From positions 1-28,446 of the forward strand of contig NIVC01001017.1 in the NCBI GenBank assembly GCA_002269645.1: 28,446 nt of DNA, given 5' to 3'. Of the stretch, positions 10,447 through 23,951 are shown one piece after another (within the stretch, counting starts at the first letter, position 1; every line of letters starts with the position of its first letter). Source of the DNA: Macrostomum lignano. Lineage: Eukaryota. Under the pieces are notes generated by a model, which worked only from the letters and a program-made list of their open reading frames with translations, was not told the DNA's origin and ran no database searches. Both the position numbers and the translations under genes were made by a program.

Positions 10447-11270
10447 TAAGTAAACAGTTAAACAAAACAAAGAAAATTTTATCTACTACATCTTAAATAT
10501 TTATAAAACAAATTTTAAACATACAGAAAAATACTTCTTTTATTACAAAACAAACAACTCACCTACATTAATGAGAGTATTAATTCTGTTTGATTGATTT
10601 TCTATTTGGTTGTGATTATAAATTCAATTAGAGTAAAAATGATTTATGAGCAACATTGCACACTTTATGCTACATGCCAACTCCATGTAGCAGCATACAA
10701 TTTGCTGTTTGCACAAAGCACATGGCTATATGTTGGTGAAAATGGATCTTGGCCAAGCTATGCGTAATGCAATATTTATAGGGCCATCCACATAGGAATT
10801 TTCACCAAAAAAGGAAATCTACAAGACTATGGGCCTTTCCTACAGATACTATAATAACTAGATAGGCCACTTAACATATGCTAGCATTCTAATTTTAGTT
10901 CATTAGAAATATAAATAATTTTTTGATTTTTGCCATAAAATATATAATCTTGGTAAATAAAAATATTGTGATGTTATGCAAACAAATTAACTTTTTAAAA
11001 AGGATAAGTATGATATTTTTACATTGCCATTGTGAGTAAAATGCATATCACAAACAAAAGTAGATATACAAAAATGAGCAATTCAAAGATACATTTTATT
11101 ATAAAATTAGATGATAAAAGTCATATGAAGTACAAAATAGACACTGGCTAAAAAAATAATAAACAGTATCAAAATTTGTCTTACAAGGCAAATTTTGTCA
11201 ACAAAATTTGGGACCAAATTCCAAAATAGCAGCAAACCATTAATGTAAAAAGTATAGTTAATGCAAATAT

Positions 11271-12032
11271 CTAGTTAAATTTCTTGACTTTTTGCAATGC
11301 AGAGTACTTAGAATGGACATCTAGGGGCATTCTACATTGGCACAATGGTGTAAATGCAGACATAAAAATGCTTTAAATAAATGGTCTTGCACTTGTTGGA
11401 AATGCATTTTACAAGCTAGGAAGGAAATTGCAGATCAAAGAAAATTTGTTTTACTTGGAATACAACTTTTGGCTACACAATGAAGGCTGCTGATTGAGCA
11501 CTGAAGATGGCTTCCATTTTGTTAAAGCTTTGCAATGTAGTTGGCAAAGGCAGTTTTAGACCACTGACTGTATAAAAGCATCTTATGCTGTAGATGCATT
11601 CTAGTAGGATTTGTAATAGTCAAAACCAACTTGCAGCTCTGTCATTCTAGAATGCCACTCTTATTGAGCATAAAGCCACCTATGTACTTAGTTGTTTCTT
11701 CTAGAACTGAATCATCAGCTGGTTGCTCTTGTATTAAGACTTTGGAAATAGTCGCATTGCCCAATCATCAGCCTTTAAATCACTTGTTGCAGATGTGCTA
11801 GTTGTGCTGAGTTCAATGGCTGCATAGTCTGCTATGATTGCATCTACGCAGCTATTGTCTTTGCAGTTTCTGACTCTGGATCTGGATCTGGATCTGGCTG
11901 GGACAGATTGCAGCTACAGATAGATAGATGCAGTTATCTATTGGCAGCTACAGATTGCAGTGCCCCAACAAACATTGAAATCTCTGGCTTTTTGTTAAAG
12001 CCATTGTGGCCACGGATGATGCAGAATAGATT
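11271..12032 (-). pseudogene. P-element/THAP9-like transposase remnant, last exon
   Basis: NLFCIIRGHNGFNKKP continues QDHV(E) across the intron; YIGGFMLNK...*QSC, SGLKLP, MEAIF, FYVCIY, ends QKVKKFN*; acceptor ttgcag at 12033. Confidence 0.82.
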
Positions 12033-12246
12033 CTGCAATTCAAGATTTTTGCATGTATTTTACATTAAATAAAATTTACAACTAAGATATTTATATTCAT
12101 ACTCAATGAATATTTTTATAACTATAATAATTTACTATAATAATATGGTATATTTAAAGTACATATTATAGCTATAAATAAAATTTCTTTGTATTTGTGA
12201 TTATACAATTTTAAAATGTTTGATTTAAAAAATTGAGGTAACTCAC

Positions 12247-12901
12247 CTTAACATGATCCTGTGTTAGTCTTTGCATGCACAATAACTTGTTGTGCTCATC
12301 TTGAATCAACACTATGCTAGCTGCCATATTGCAGAAGTTGACAGAATCAATGCCTCTTTGAATTTAATAGAGACCTTTATTGATTTCCTGCTACTAGGAA
12401 GGAACTGCCAGCTTCCAATGAAGGCTTTGATGCTACGCAACTTGACAATCTTTTCTTCAAGCAAATTTCATATGATTGGCTGCTTAAATTCTTTGTCAAA
12501 AATGTGCATAAAATTCAACAAGTTGAATGCATCATTAACTCTCTGCACAAAATCTGCTATCTGCAAGGCATCAATATTCAATAGGCAGTTCTGATGCACT
12601 AGTGTCTTGATTTTGCTAGCAACCAAGTGACTAAAGATCAGAGTGGCTAGGTAGACTTCATTTTCTGGCCCAATTGGAGGTTGAAGTGTGCATCACTCAG
12701 CTAACTCGCCAGTCTAATGATCAGCTGCTGTCCCTTTTGTAGAAGTTGACCAAAGTCTTGCATCTTGCTTGCTTGTCTCTATCAAAATGATGTTGTTCTT
12801 AATGAGGGTATTTGCACATTCTTTAGGCATGTGGGATTGATGATCACAAATATGGGTTTTTGTGTCACAGGATAGTTTAGAAATGGAGCTGTAGGAGTTA
12901 C
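12247..12901 (-). pseudogene. P-element/THAP9-like transposase remnant, exon with GTP-binding insertion region
   Basis: FVIINPTCLKNV (D..HL.KN.RN motif), KMK/V.LATLIFSH.VAS, ADFVQRVNDAFNLLN, QRLTQDHVK (T.RL.QD.LE motif); acceptor tttag at 12902, donor GTGAGT at 12246. Confidence 0.88.
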
Positions 12902-13090
12902 CTAAACAAATAAAAAGTTCAAGGCCTTAAATAAACAAAATGTTTACTAGCACAAACTGATTTTTTTGAAGACTTGAAGTTTCAAATCAAAACAATAGCA
13001 ATAGAATTTTAGTACAAAATAAATTATTTTATATTTCAAACTTTGTTTTAATTTTTATAAGGCATTATATCATTTAAGTACTCAACTCAC

Positions 13091-13595
13091 CAGTTTGGGA
13101 TAGGCCTTTTGCAGAGCAAAGGCACTGTCTATTGCAGACTTGAATTGAAGCTGACCAAAGGTTCTATGTACTTGATAGTATGCAATTAGTTGCTTCCAGT
13201 TGCTCCAGATTCCACTAAGAATAGCAACAACTGCTTTGTTTATGGATCTTTGAAGATTTTGCTCAAGGTCATAGCCTACAACTTAGTCACCATGGTGGTT
13301 GTAGCAGATGCTAGCTAATAAACTCATGCGATCCAAGCAAAGGGTTGCTAGTTGCTATGGCTTGGGGTCATTAGCAAGCTTTTCATGCAACAGTTTGATT
13401 GTTTTCTGGCAGACTCCAGGGGATGAAAAGAACTGGCAGGTTGACTGCTTCAACAATATCTTAGATAGAAGTAGAAACTTCACTTGTTGCTCAACATTTG
13501 GTAGGCAGCTAGGCTCTTGTAGTGTAGCTAGATGGATTTGGAATTTTTTTGACCATATATTCCACGGGAATCAAGAAACTGCTGCTTATACTACT
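13091..13595 (-). pseudogene. P-element/THAP9-like transposase remnant, exon with first catalytic Asp
   Basis: LHYKS.AAY.ML, TLCLD(R)MSL...YNHHGD*VVGYD, SGIWSNWKQLIAYY; acceptor ttcag at 13596, donor GTGAGT at 13090; stops and frameshifts. Confidence 0.82.
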
Positions 13596-15642
13596 CTGAA
13601 TTTTATCTTAATTTTTTTTTCATTTTTAATGAAGAAATCTATATGATATCTTATATTAATAAAGTAAAGCAGGCACTTTAAGTCGAGAAAACAAACAGAG
13701 CTTGTCTTGTATTTGCTAAATCTAGTCAGTTTATAGTATCTGTGGTGGGCCAATAAGCTAGATGATTGAGATCTTATCTTAATTCTTTCCTCACTTCCTA
13801 TTTGCTTATATAGCGACCCTTATACCCCCCCACTCTAATTTTGCATGCCTATATAGATATTACCCTTTACAGTTAACCCCCACCCTTTTTATTTCCTCAC
13901 CAAGTGCTCTCTTGTTGATTGCTATATATTCATACATTTTAGTGGCATTAGCCAATGTACATTTAGCTGAACCAATTAAGTTGTTTGCATGTCTGCATGC
14001 TCCACTTGTAAACTATACCAGCCATATAAACTGTTGTTATACATAATATAGCTAATGAATTCTTTATTTGCTATTGAACTAAAAGTAGAAAAATAAAAAA
14101 CTAAGGACATTTGCCTTAAGTGGCCTATCTAGCTATTATAGTTTCTGTGGCCTTTCCTAAATATAAAGAACTAGTAGTATAGCTAGGGAGGGATATAGGG
14201 ATATATCCCCCCCCATTTTGATGATTTATGAGAAACAAAAATAAGGTTTTTTGAAGAAAAAAAGCAAAATAAGTGGCTTAGACTTAGCAAAATTGCCAAA
14301 AATGGTCTATTTCATTTATAAATTACTAAGAGAATGTTTTAAATGATATTTCCGCAAATCCCTAGTTCCTAAAATGCTCTAATCAGGATAGATGTCTGCC
14401 AGTTTTATTCTGATTTTAACAAAGTAAAGTAAAGTGTAACAGAAAAAACTTTTGTGATGTCTTAATTTATAGTCCAATTTGTTTTAAAGTGTAAGGCTGC
14501 TAGGCATTATAATATATGTTTTAGGGAAACCTAGTACATGTTTTAAAGAGATTGATTGTTGCAGTGCCTCAACTTGCAACCTTCTTTCTTAGGATTTATT
14601 GGCGCATACTTAGTGGATTTAATCCAACCTTCCTATGTGTAGTATGCAAAGCAAAAAAAAACTGGTGCATATGCATTGTGCATACTTGGGACTATGGATT
14701 ATTGTAAAAAATGGACCAAATTCCTAATATTAATATAGATTGGAATTTTTATGAAAATAACTAATATTTATATTCTCTGATAGCCAAAACTTTTCATTGC
14801 ATCTAGCTAATTTAGTAAGATAAAGATTTAGTATATTTAGATTAAAGCCAAAGGTTGTTATGATGCAATCTTAATTAAAACGTTAGAACTTAACTAGCCA
14901 AAGGAATATTATGCATAGTTGATCATTGCTAATAAAAGGTAAATAGGATGATAAATTTTAGAGATGTTCTAGAATTTCAATTTCAATTTTCTAAATTTTG
15001 GGATTTTTAAAAGCAAATTTTGATTTAAAAAATTAAAAAGTAAAAATTTTGAAAGTTTCTAGTTTTTGCATGCATTTTTTATCTAATTTCAATATTATTG
15101 GTACTTTGTTATTGTCCTGTAAATCAGTGATATTATTATGATTTTTTAAAGTATTTGAATTTGTTAAAACTGTTATATACATGTAGCATGTTTGTGGAAC
15201 TATAAATTTTCTTAAATTTTGTAAAACTTAAATTTAAAAAGCTATAAAAGTGTTTGCTAATATATTTATATTTTGCGCATACTATTGTTCGAAAGATACA
15301 TATACATATATGGTTTACAAGATCACATTTATCGTTAGTTGAAGCATCTTTCTAGCTATAGATATAGCTATTCCATGCTGAGTTTGTGTTAGCATGTGTC
15401 ATGACAAAGTTACTTTTGGAATTCTAAATTTAGACCTTAGAAGATGTCAATTTGGCTATTTATTTTTTTCTAAGCTTGATGTCATTTAGTTTAAGATCTG
15501 TATTTGCTATTTTGATTCATATTTCATTTGAAGCACCAATAATATGAATCAAATTTCAAATTTAAACAATCTGTAAGTGTTGAGTCTGTAGACTTGCAAC
15601 TTCTGCGAGAATAGCATAGAGATGTTGGTATTTTATTTCTAA

Positions 15643-17075
<1,433 letters not shown>

Positions 17076-17120
17076 GAACCGCTATTTTTTAACTATAAAC
17101 TATGCTGTAACAAATTGCAG

Positions 17121-17210
17121 TGGTACATCCAACAGACTTGCGCCACGCAGGGCCAAGGCCTGTACGAAGGTCTGGACTGGCTGTCGAACGAACTGTCCAA
17201 ACGAGGCTAG
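17121..17210 (+). CDS. ARF4: Class II ARF, exon 3 with stop
   Basis: [29 protein letters not shown]; ATQG and SNELSKR are class II traits; acceptor ttgcag at 17120. Confidence 0.96.
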   Translation, partial: WYIQQTCATQGQGLYEGLDWLSNELSKRG

Positions 17211-17268
17211 ATGTTCAGCGCAGGTAAACTTCTCGTTAATAATGAGTAAACGAGAGAAGGTAATTAAT

Positions 17269-17310
17269 AATAAAAACAATATTTGCCTACTAAAGTCTAT
17301 TTATAATAAA
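17269..17310 (+). terminator. Candidate polyadenylation signals for ARF
   Basis: AATAAA at 17269-17274 and 17305-17310, 60-100 nt after the stop; AT-rich context, so could be chance. Confidence 0.45.
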
Positions 17311-17726
17311 AATTATAATAAGTAGTATAGGCGAATAATCTGTGAGAAAACCTTGATTTTTGCATAAGCATACCCTACTGTTTTGGTGTTGACTCACCTA
17401 CCTGCGACTGAGTGATTGGCTGACTTCTGCCTACGTGTCTAACATTGTCATTGCTTTATTTGTGTCTCTCTTAATCCATAGAATACTTTGTTGATCATAT
17501 TAATTTTATTGATCCTTTGTTCTCTCTTTTTGCAAATTGAGTTTCATTTAACATTTTGCTTGTTTCCGGGGGGGGGGATAATTGGCCTGTGGGGGTAGTC
17601 GGCAGTCTTTCTCCCCGCCAAATTCTCCCAACACGCCACCAAGCTGTCGTTTACATTTCAGCAGTGTTGACCTGCCATGATTTATTTTTGGACATGCTGA
17701 ATGTTAAATATATATACTTAGTATAT

Positions 17727-17907
17727 CAGGGGTCGGCAAACTCTCGCCCGCGAAGCCTCTCTATCCGGCCCTCGGGTCCTTTGAAACCTCACAATGATCT
17801 ACCCTCCTCTCGCCTCTCCTCTCACCTCTCCCTATCTCTTCTCATTTGGTCATGCGCTAGCTTCTATATCTGGCCGGTTAAGTTAAAAGAGAGTCTGCCG
17901 ACCCCCG
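17727..17907. mobile_element. 181-bp hAT (Charlie-like) MITE
   Basis: CAGGGGTCGGCAAACT and AGTCTGCCGACCCCCG are 14/16 inverted repeats of the CAGGGGT-type terminus; flanking 8-mers do not match, so no TSD support. Confidence 0.65.
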
Positions 17908-18517
17908 ATCTATAAATCATTATTCTTTGTCCCCAAAGCGAGTGAGAGCGCTTATTGTTAATTTGTTGAGTTATCATTTAATTTTTGCACCTAATCTATA
18001 TAATTAGTTAAGCGGGTTTTTAGAATTGTTGCTTATTCAGCCCCGATTTTGTTGTCTGTACTTTTCGCTGTTGCTTTTTTCCTCTGTCTCATAGTTTTCT
18101 CTTTTTGTTACAATTGGTGATTGTCCCGGGGCAATAGGCTTATTTATTACTCTGTATGTACCTCTTTCCATTAGTTAGTACGTTATTATTGCTTCGGTAT
18201 AAAACTTGCATAATGTCTTTATTATATGGTAGAGACTTCAGTGAGTTGCGTCATTTTGGCATTCTTCCAAAATCGATATATGCTATTGTTCATTGTATAA
18301 TTAGAAAAGATTCGGGCAGTCTCAGACTTAGTAGATGTCCTTGAACTGTTTAGTCGTCGTGGACTTATGCAATTTTTTATTGTCCTGTTGCTTTATCTAT
18401 ATCTGCTATGCTGCTGCTGCTCTTTTCTCTGTCTATCTGGTTATTTGCTCCCCCACAATGAACGGAATGGGTTGAATCAAATTTTTATTGCCAGTCTGGT
18501 CTGCTTCCCGAGCCTTG

Positions 18518-18555
18518 CTCTCCCTCTCTCTTTCTCTCTATCTCTCTCTCTGTCC
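18518..18555. repeat. Imperfect (CT)n microsatellite
   Basis: CTCTCCCTCTCTCTTTCTCTCTATCTCTCTCTCTGTCC. Confidence 0.7.
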
Positions 18556-19762
18556 TTTGCTCTAACTATTGTTGAAGTAATCAATAAATGCCAATTTAAT
18601 AAAGACTTGCACAACAAACTGGGATTTTGCTCGTGGAATTGTCGTCCGAATGTGTCGAAATAAAAAAAACTATAAGAAAAGTAATGGACTTTATGCGCGA
18701 GTTTAGTTGTTCTTCTAATTTTCCGGAAGGGTCAGCTATGCAGCCTCGTGGAAGCGGCGGTATTGCTGAAATTTGGGGTTCGCAAAGTCAAGCATGAGTT
18801 TTTTGATTCCGCTGTCTAGCGCCCCGAGTAGTTCAGTTCACAGATCGATTCTGTAGGAAGAGCGGGAAATCCGCTTAGCGCTCTAGACTGACTGGAGAAC
18901 AGAACTGCTGTGGGATCGATATTTTTTCTTTCAAAAAAATCCCTGTACTCACTGCATGCACCAATTGGTAGATTGCAACTGCTGCATTGACGTGCTGCAC
19001 TCAAAGTGACGACGAATGGGGCCAATCATTTCTAGCTTATGGCTATGCACACTCCGCTAGCTTGTCACTACTATAGCTGTATGAGAGATGTCCGTCCGGT
19101 TTTATCGAAGTTTAACCAGAGTGCTTTGACTTGACGTGTACGGCGGCCCTGACTTTCTAATCGTCAGGTGTGTACACTCTGTGCTTTGGTGTTTGACCCT
19201 CTTGGGTGTGAATCAAGGTCCCAAATGAATGTCCTCAAAGCGCACGGAATCGAACTAGGGGCTCATGCATAACAGTCAAGTGCATAAGTTGCAAAGTATT
19301 CATTACTTGCTTGCAGGGGCGCTAAAAATGACACTTTAGTCTGCAGATGTGGCAGCGCTGTACGCATACGGAGTCGCGAGTTTACTGTATACGTCGGATG
19401 AGAGTAGGCCGACGCGTGTTGTTATTCATCAGAACTTACTGAAGAGTACATGTAAGTAGCAAGAAACGAATGTTAAAGGAAGTTTTTTGCTTGTGCAAAA
19501 AAGCTAGTTATACGGGCTATATAGAATTCTTTAAAGATTTGTCTGAGCCCATCACAGTTAACAATTGTTAATAGGTAAGATAAGAACTCAGACAGCGGTC
19601 CAGGGCTATCGCAAGTTCGAATCTCACTTTCGGGCACACAGTATAGAAGCTAATGTGAACTACAAGTTTTTTAAGACTGCAACGGTCAGCAAGCAGTACG
19701 CTTTCATGCTTCGCAAACTGTTTTGATTGTTTGCGTTTTTAATTAAATTTTGCATGTGCCAA

Positions 19763-19768
19763 TTTATT
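19763..19768 (-). terminator. Candidate polyadenylation signal of the death-domain gene
   Basis: AATAAA on the minus strand about 170 nt downstream of the stop at 19935. Confidence 0.4.
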
Positions 19769-19934
19769 CAAACAGTTTGTTTCGCCTGTAGCAATGAGAG
19801 TCTGTTTCTATATCGAAAACTTATTAAGAAAATAAAAAGAAGAGCAGTTTATTTGCAAGGCCATAAAACTAGCAGAGAAACGAGAAGTCGTGCGTGCTAC
19901 TTTATCGGTGACTTCGACTGCTAATTGCATGTTA

Positions 19935-20365
19935 TTAATTTACAACGTCGTGCTGCTGCGAATCGGCCGGCTCCAGATGTCGGTAGAACGCCATCAGCTG
20001 CTTGTCAAGATGTTCCGGCAGCGGATCATTGTGCTTGTCGTCCTTCGCCGACCGGGGCTCGCCGTCCGGTGGCCGCAGGAAGGCGTCGATATCGTCGACA
20101 ACGTCCCCGCGCCGCATGCGCTCGAGAGCGGACCGCAGCTCCAGCAGCTTGGCCCGCCGGTGATAGCGCCGCCAGCGTTGGATAGCCCGCCAGGCGCACT
20201 CGAACAGCGAATCGGCAACAAAACTGCGCTGCAACTCGGCGATGTCCCGGTCGATGGTCTCCCGACTGCGCTGCGGCACAAACGGCAGTGCCCGGTAGAG
20301 CCGCTTCCAGTCGCGCTCAATTTTGTGCGCCACAAGCAAACAGACCTGATCGAATGCGCTGCCGG
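19935..20365 (-). CDS. Last exon of coiled-coil/death-domain protein (death domain)
   Basis: AFDQVCLLVAHKIERDWKRLYRALP...AWRAIQRWRRYHRRAKLLELRSALERMRRGDVVDDI fits the death-fold pattern (W..L.R.L, L..W, L..AL....R.D); acceptor caattttag at 20366; in frame with upstream exon (G|CC). Confidence 0.85.
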
Positions 20366-20783
20366 CTAAAATTGAGTAAATGAAAATATTTATTAGCTGA
20401 TTTTTTAGCTTAACTGTCAACAGCTGTTCAAAATTACCATTTATTTCAGCCGTCTCCGAACGACGCATTCTTTTGTCGCCTGAAAAAAGATTATTTGGAA
20501 GCATTCGTAAAGAGCAAAGTGTAAGTTGCTAAAGCTCGAGTGGAAGTGCTCGGTTTGTCAAATGTAAGAAGCGAATTGATGGCAACTCTTCCCCACCGGG
20601 CATCAACCAAAACGAAACAAAACGGACATTAACAATAGTTGAACTTTGAATACTCCAAGGATACCCTTAAAAAGATACATTTTCAGTCAGACCAGTTGAC
20701 TAGAGACGCCCAGACATCCCCATCCAGGTTCCTCACTTAAGCTCCCAGGGGACATGCGCTCGTGGAATTTTGATTCCAATCGC

Positions 20784-20868
20784 TTTTGGTCTGAAGCTTT
20801 ACTTCGAGCTTTATTCTGGTGCTTAAGTTGACATCCCCAACCGACTAACCACAAGCAAACAGACCTGA
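20784..20868. repeat. Intronic chimeric duplication: 67-bp exact copy of the splice-donor region fused to a 20-bp copy of the downstream exon
   Basis: 20784-20850 identical to 21314-21380; 20849-20868 identical to 20330-20349. Confidence 0.95.
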
Positions 20869-21379
20869 GCGATATGAATTACGCTATAAACGCTCAATCG
20901 CCGGCGGCGGGCCCCCGACCGCTTTGTTCCGTGACCGACCATCACGTGTCATTGTTTGAAATGTTACGACATGCTAAACAGCCTCTGATAACACTATAGC
21001 GTATGTTCTCGCCTCGGCTCCTTGACAACAAAGTATTAGGAAATCTTCTTACTGTTCGTATCAATGTTCACGTCACTCCCGTTACAGAGGGACATGACGT
21101 AGCCCCAGTCAAAGCTTGTCACACTAGTGTATAGTCTATGGCTATATCTCCCACTCTACAGTTCCCTCGGTCGCATACCATCGTTAATATCCACCGTTCT
21201 GTCTTTTAATCTTATACTAATATGCTTGCTCATCTTTGATCTTAAGCACTGAAATACATTAGTATGTATTAGTATGTATATACATTAGCTAATCCGTTGT
21301 TCCGGTCACCACATTTTGGTCTGAAGCTTTACTTCGAGCTTTATTCTGGTGCTTAAGTTGACATCCCCAACCGACTAAC

Positions 21380-22931
21380 CAACTGTGCTTGCAGTTGACG
21401 ATGCATTCGCATGGTGCCCAAACGGAGTTGCGGAGGGAATCTCTCCGCCTCTTGACGACAACTGAGAAGGGCCGCTGCCTGGCGCAGACTGGCTCTTCCC
21501 ACCGTTTGCGTTCATGGACTGCTGCTGCTGCGTAGATTTCTGTTGCTCCTTTTCCAGACCGTCGAGCGGCAGGCCGAAGAAGATTCTCTCTGGCGTTTCT
21601 GCACTCATCTTCAATCGGTAAATTTCGGCGCAGCGTTCAAGCGTTTGCTCCGCCTTCTGCAGTTGTGCGCCAGCGTCAGACACCTCGGCACGCAGCTTCG
21701 TCATCAGTGCCTCCGTGTCGTTGAGCGCCGTAGTAACTTCGGCGAAGCGTTTCTGCTTTTCCTCGATGACAACTAGCTTGGAGCGCAGGCTGACCAGCTT
21801 CCGCTCCATCTGCGGCATGTCCGACCGGAGCCTTCGAAGCTGCTCTGTTAGGCTGGACAGCTCCGCGTCCATTGCGGCCGCATTCGAGGCGCTGGTGCTT
21901 TCTTTGACCTCTCGGCGTAGCTCCTCCTTGCGAAATTCCTTGATCTCGAGGTCCAACTTGGCATTTCCCAGATCCTGTTGGAGCTGCTCTTCTTCAAAAA
22001 GCAATTCAGCCTCTCTGTCTGCCATCGCTTGAAGCTCGACGTGAAGCTTTGCCTTTTCCGATTGCAGAGATTTGCTGCGGTACTGCGCCATATGCAGCTG
22101 GTGTCGCTGCGCTTTCGCCAGTTTTTCCAGCTCCACTCGATTCTTGTCCAGCGTCGACAAGTCGATCTTCAGTCTCACCGGGTAGTTCCTGTCCGAGCTG
22201 ATCCAATCAACCAGAGAGTCCAGGCTTGCGCGCAGGTTCTCGCAGGCGTCAGCGAACAGACCGAGGAACGGCGCCGAGGAAGCGTCTGCCCGGCGCAGGA
22301 GATCGGTTGCGCCTCGCGCTAGCCGGCTGACGCTGAGGGACTCGTGCAGGAATAGGTGGGAATTGTACAGCACTGCTTTTGCCCTCTCGGCAGCCTGATT
22401 TGCCCAGGTACGACGGCTAAGCATGTACTTCTGAGCCGTGTCGATTTGGTACGGAGAGTCGCTGCTATGAAATGACAGAAGGTATTTTTCGCACAGACTG
22501 TGCACGCGTCCCAGCTTGTCCATGACTAGAGTGAAGCGTCCTGGCATGAAAGCTAATAGTTTGTTCTGCAGCTGGCAAAGCTGAGCGCACGTGTCCGGCC
22601 CGACCGGTGTCAGGCCCGGGTACATCTCCTTCACGTCGGGGTCGCGGGACAGGAAGATGACTGATTGAATCTGGCGCAGGGAGTTGAGCTCAGCCAGATT
22701 GTGGCAGCGCATGGCCTCGCGAACCACCGGCATCCAGCGGGAAACGAATTCCAGGGAGCTGGCATCCTCGTAGAACTCCTTGTCGAGCAGGCCGAGCTCC
22801 TTACGAATAACACGCACCTCGTCAAGCAACGCGGCGTACAACTGCTGAGCATTCTTCGGCGGACTAGTGAGCATAGAGTCGACTGTCGCCTTGGCAGCCG
22901 TTTTATCGTCTCCGCCGCGTCTTTCCACCAT
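21380..22931 (-). CDS. Large first coding exon of a 660-aa coiled-coil plus death-domain protein
   Basis: 517-codon GC-rich ORF, GCCATGG start context, long heptad-rich E/K/L/Q segment, donor GTTAGT at 21379; pyrimidine-rich acceptor at 22943 upstream of ATG implies an upstream exon or trans-splicing. Confidence 0.9.
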
Positions 22932-23951
22932 GGCGCCGATGACTGGTGGCCAAGCGGGAAAACGGAAGCAGAAAATTTTTCAGCGTCTTTTCGGATCCGA
23001 GGTTTAGGATATTATAGTTGTTTTTGAAAAAAGAGCCATACTTATCTTACTTTCCAATAGTGCCTTGTTACAAGAGATAGCTATACGCCTTTTTTATCCT
23101 GAGTCCTCAGCCCAAATAAGCATAGCTATGGAAAATTCTATCGTCTCTGCCAATCCTAAGCCAGCGCTAAGACCGTCCATTTGTGAGCAGTGGAGTGGCG
23201 CACACTTGGATACCATGCATAAATAATTCAAAATGGCTCTGGCTCATCGGAGTTTTTCTGTACATTGCGGATGATCTCACTGCACTGAGCGGACTACTAC
23301 CGGTATATTTGACAATGGACCTATGGCTGCATGGATACTCAAGCGAGAAGTCTCAAGTTGCCTAGGCTACGCGGCCTCGCAACAACTGCAGAATAGTGAT
23401 TTGCGTCTAATTCCGTATTTCTCACGCGTATTGAGGAAGAGTCAAAGCTGATGAACTGATGAATATTGTTTTTTATGCATGCAAGTGTTGCTGCTGTTGA
23501 AAAGGGCTGTGGTCCGGTGGTCCGGACGGGCGTAACAAACGCGGGGGTCCAGTGGGAACCGCTTTCTGGGCCAGTGGTTTGGTTGGACGGTACAGGGTCT
23601 GCCGGGATCCGGATAGGGCTGCTGAGGTGCCGACAAGATCAGGCTGGAGCACGCCAAGAGTTGCCGGACAAACGGGGGTTAATCTCTGCTAACCCAGACA
23701 GGACTTGTTTATCACCGCTGAGAGGTTCAGATAAAGTTAGCCTTAGACAGGCGGGTTCCGGGTTTGTGAAATCCAGGAGTGCAGAAAAAGCATGATATTG
23801 GGTATATCGTTGTGGGAACCGCCGATTCTTTTGCATCTTCTTCTCTAGACCAAAGTTTAGAGCCTATAGAGCGTCGGATATGATGGTTGAAATTAAGAAT
23901 AGAGACGATGAAGCGAGGTTTTTGCCTGCATATTGGATGGACAGCGACAAC

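Larger units (their letters stand above)
10841..14149 (-). mobile_element. P-element-superfamily DNA transposon, 3309 bp, 34-bp TIRs, 8-bp TSD GCCTTTCC
   Basis: Left TIR TACAGATACTATAATAACTAGATAGGCCACTTAA (10841-10874) vs right TIR reverse complement CACAGAAACTATAATAGCTAGATAGGCCACTTAA (14116-14149), 31/34; GCCTTTCC at 10833-10840 and 14150-14157; degenerate P-type transposase inside. Confidence 0.9.

Noticed and set aside
14600-14720. THAP domain for the P-element (QVCTMH on minus strand)
   Set aside because: Outside the TIR/TSD boundary and lacks the other THAP residues.
18816-19025. 69-aa ORF with CSSC motif in a CpG-containing intergenic patch
   Set aside because: No recognisable domain, splice context or codon bias.
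19546-19636. tRNA(Sec)-like element (GCCC...GTTCGAATC...TTTCGGGC)
   Set aside because: Only a B-box-like motif and a 4-bp end pairing; no D or anticodon arm could be folded.
20366-20504. N-terminal 45 aa of ORF 19935..20504
   Set aside because: AT-rich intron sequence upstream of a clear acceptor; in-frame splice from 21380 explains the gene.
21543-23027. Plus-strand and alternate-frame ORFs over the death-domain gene (also 19890-20369 and 9495-10310 over mariner)
   Set aside because: Shadow ORFs expected in GC-rich coding sequence; no motifs.
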